A program made the position numbers and the translations under genes. Shown here in pieces: positions 61,777 through 64,000 of a stretch of DNA of 64,000 bases. Where the stretch lies: contig OZ244960.1 of NCBI GenBank assembly GCA_965222605.1, forward strand, positions 5,792,001 through 5,856,000, given 5' to 3'. Below the pieces are notes generated by a model that had not been told where the DNA came from, made no database searches, and was given only the letters and a program-made list of their open reading frames with translations. Source of the DNA: Candidatus Latescibacterota bacterium. Its GTDB lineage: Bacteria > Latescibacterota > UBA2968. Positions within the stretch are counted from its first letter, which is position 1. Each line of letters opens with the position of its first letter.

Positions 61777-63489
61777 TCACACTTCACACTTCACACGTTC
61801 TATCACCTGATCCAGAGGCACATCTGAGCGGTCATCTTCATGTCTCAGTTTCATCTCCACCTGTCCATTGGCCAGGCCGCGCGATCCCACGGTCAACCGT
61901 ATTGGAATGCCGATCAAATCTGCATCATTGAATTTTACGCCTGCGCGTTCATCGCGGTCATCGAGCAAGACATCCAGGCCCGCGGCCTTTAGTTGCTCAT
62001 ACAATTTCTCGGCGGCTTCCAGTTCTCCTGCGGGTTTTCGACCCGTCAGAACTACGATTTGTACCTCAAATGGCGCGACGGATATCGGCCAGATAATGCC
62101 GTGGTCATCGTGATGGGCTTCGATAATACACGCCAATAGCCGGCCCACGCCGATGCCGTAACAGCCCATGACGAGGGGCTGCATTTTGCCGTTTTCATCC
62201 AGGACCTTCGCGCCCATGCTGTCGCTGTACTTTGTGCCGAGCTTGAAGATATTGCCCACTTCAATGCCGCGCGTGCTGTCGAGCGGGGTTTCACATTCTG
62301 GACAGGGCATGCCTTTTTCTACGGCGATGAGGTCTGTGACGATGTCAGGCTTAAAATCGCGTCCGACATTGACATTTAAGCAGTGATACCCTTCCTCATT
62401 TGCGCCCGATACAAAATTTGTTCCTTTTGCGATGGCTTTATCTGCGACTACGATAGCATTTTTTACGGCCATTGGCGACGCATATCCCGGTACTGCGTCA
62501 ACTGCTGTGATTTCCTCATCTGTTGCAGGACGCAATGCCTGCGCCTTTACCACATTGGCCAGCTTGGTTTCGTTCAACTCGTGATCGCCGCGCAATACCG
62601 CAAATATAAATTTGTCTTCGCCATTTATTGTGCCGATTAAAAATACGGCTTTGGCTGTTTTGCTCTGCGGCACATCCAAAAACGACGCGACTTCTTCAAT
62701 GGTTTTGCAATTGGGAGTCGCCACTTTTTGCAGGGGTTCTTCGCTATCTGCTTCAATGGCTTCTCGCTTATATGTCGCTATCTGTCGATTGGCGCGATAA
62801 CCGCATGTATCACATAAGAGCAGGGTGTCTTCACCGCCCGGGTTTAAGTACATAAATTCGTGCGCTTCTGTCCCGCCCATCATACCCGGGTCGCTTTCTA
62901 CTGAGATGACGTGATCGCCCAATCCCGCGCGTTCAAATATCCGCTGATATGCTTCGTACATGCGCGGATAATACGCATCTAAACCCGCCTGGTCGATGTG
63001 AAAGCTGTATCCGTCTTTCATCGTAAATTCGCGTACGCGAATCAATCCGCCCCGGCTGCGTGGCTCGTCGCGGAATTTGGTTTGAAGTTGGAACGCGCTC
63101 AATGGCAATTGTCGGTAGCTCTGTACCATGTGGCGCGCCAAATCGGTTACGACTTCTTCGTGCGTCATTGCCAAACACATGTCGCGGTCTGCGCGGTCTT
63201 TCATGCGCATCATTTCCTGTCCCACATCGTCCCACCGCCCGCTCTCGCGCCAGATTTCCGCGGGTTGCACCACGGGCATTGAAATTTCAAAGCAATCTGC
63301 TCGTTCCATTTCCTCGCGCAAAATCTGTTCGATGTTCCGCTTCACGCGCAATCCCAGCGGCAAGAAACTAAAAATTCCCGATGCCAGAGATCGGATCAAT
63401 CCCGCGCGCAGGGCCAACTGGTGGCTGATCGCTTCTGCATCCGCGGGTACCTCGCGCAGGGTTTGTGTCAACAATTGAGAATAACGCAT
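61777..63489 (-). CDS. proS: Proline--tRNA ligase (with editing insertion)
   Basis: THEE, KFRDEPRSRGGLIRVREF.MKD, GIEVGNIFKLGTKYS, MGCYGIG. Confidence 0.97.
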   Translation of the reverse strand: MRYSQLLTQTLREVPADAEAISHQLALRAGLIRSLASGIFSFLPLGLRVKRNIEQILREEMERADCFEISMPVVQPAEIWRESGRWDDVGQEMMRMKDRADRDMCLAMTHEEVVTDLARHMVQSYRQLPLSAFQLQTKFRDEPRSRGGLIRVREFTMKDGYSFHIDQAGLDAYYPRMYEAYQRIFERAGLGDHVISVESDPGMMGGTEAHEFMYLNPGGEDTLLLCDTCGYRANRQIATYKREAIEADSEEPLQKVATPNCKTIEEVASFLDVPQSKTAKAVFLIGTINGEDKFIFAVLRGDHELNETKLANVVKAQALRPATDEEITAVDAVPGYASPMAVKNAIVVADKAIAKGTNFVSGANEEGYHCLNVNVGRDFKPDIVTDLIAVEKGMPCPECETPLDSTRGIEVGNIFKLGTKYSDSMGAKVLDENGKMQPLVMGCYGIGVGRLLACIIEAHHDDHGIIWPISVAPFEVQIVVLTGRKPAGELEAAEKLYEQLKAAGLDVLLDDRDERAGVKFNDADLIGIPIRLTVGSRGLANGQVEMKLRHEDDRSDVPLDQVIERVKCEV

Positions 63490-63608
63490 TTCTATTCCTT
63501 TTGAAAATTCCTGGAAAATATAAACAAAATATGAGGATCAGAGCCAAATATTGTATTCGGTTTGATATTGTGGACGATTCGGCGTTACATAAAGTTTCAC
63601 GATAGGCA

Positions 63609-64000
63609 TCATGCACGCCCAAGTGCGATTAACAGATCTGGACGATTTGAGCCGACGGCATCAACCCCCAGATCGATAACACGCTGTATCTCCTCAACCG
63701 TGTCGGGGTTCCAGGCACGGATCATGAGGCCGTGTGCATGCGCTTTCTGAACGAGCTGGGCGTCAATATTCGGATGCAGGATGTGTATCGCTTCCGCCCC
63801 CATATCGACAGCTTGTTCACACGCATCATCTGGTGGATTCGACCACAACGCACCCAGCGCCAGGCTCGGATTCAACTGACGCGCTTCGCGTAGTCGCTCA
63901 TGGACAAACGAAGTCAGAAGTACCTCGCTTTCCATACTATTTCGCTCAACCGTCCGGACGACAGGCTCGGCGGTGTCGGGCCCTTTCAGTTCAATCTGAA
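63609..64000 (-). CDS. Glycerophosphodiester phosphodiesterase (5' part outside the window)
   Basis: IELKG, TSF, AH.HGL...AW, LGVDAVGSNRPD. Confidence 0.8.
   Translation of the reverse strand, partial: QIELKGPDTAEPVVRTVERNSMESEVLLTSFVHERLREARQLNPSLALGALWSNPPDDACEQAVDMGAEAIHILHPNIDAQLVQKAHAHGLMIRAWNPDTVEEIQRVIDLGVDAVGSNRPDLLIALGRA

Overview
A bacterial window with two accessory regions around a core-gene backbone. Internalin-like LRR proteins, FGE/C-type-lectin domain genes, many Gfo/Idh/MocA genes and a sulfatase suggest a sponge-symbiont, FCB-type candidate lineage; this is inference only. (1) 1-8.3 kb, downstream of tRNA-Ala(GGC): a defence island. It carries a coiled-coil/2TM protein, a type IIG (Eco57I-like) R-M protein, an IS982, a DUF6883-like gene and a DUF4926-like domain fused in frame to a PLD-SF2 helicase that is missing from the ORF track. 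(2) 8.5-45.9 kb: core genes (ligA, UbiA-family, XPB helicase, sulfatase, alr, sbcCD, heparinase-like, LRR lipoproteins, oxidoreductases), a TnpA-less TnpB element and HigBA. (3) 46.0-59.8 kb, between convergent tRNA-Pro and tRNA-Gln: a variable island. A soluble beta-propeller/Y_Y_Y sigma-54 activator is followed by three palindromic sites and a -24/-12 promoter. Downstream lies what reads as a decayed diversity-generating retroelement (DGR): three FGE-type targets with VR-like ends and an avd 5' fragment fused to the third target, with no TR or RT in the window. The island also holds shuffled secreted-protein modules, a second IS982, a PIN/Phd pair and an LRR protein. glnS, proS and a partial GDPD gene end the window. 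All family assignments are by motif recognition; no database searches were run.
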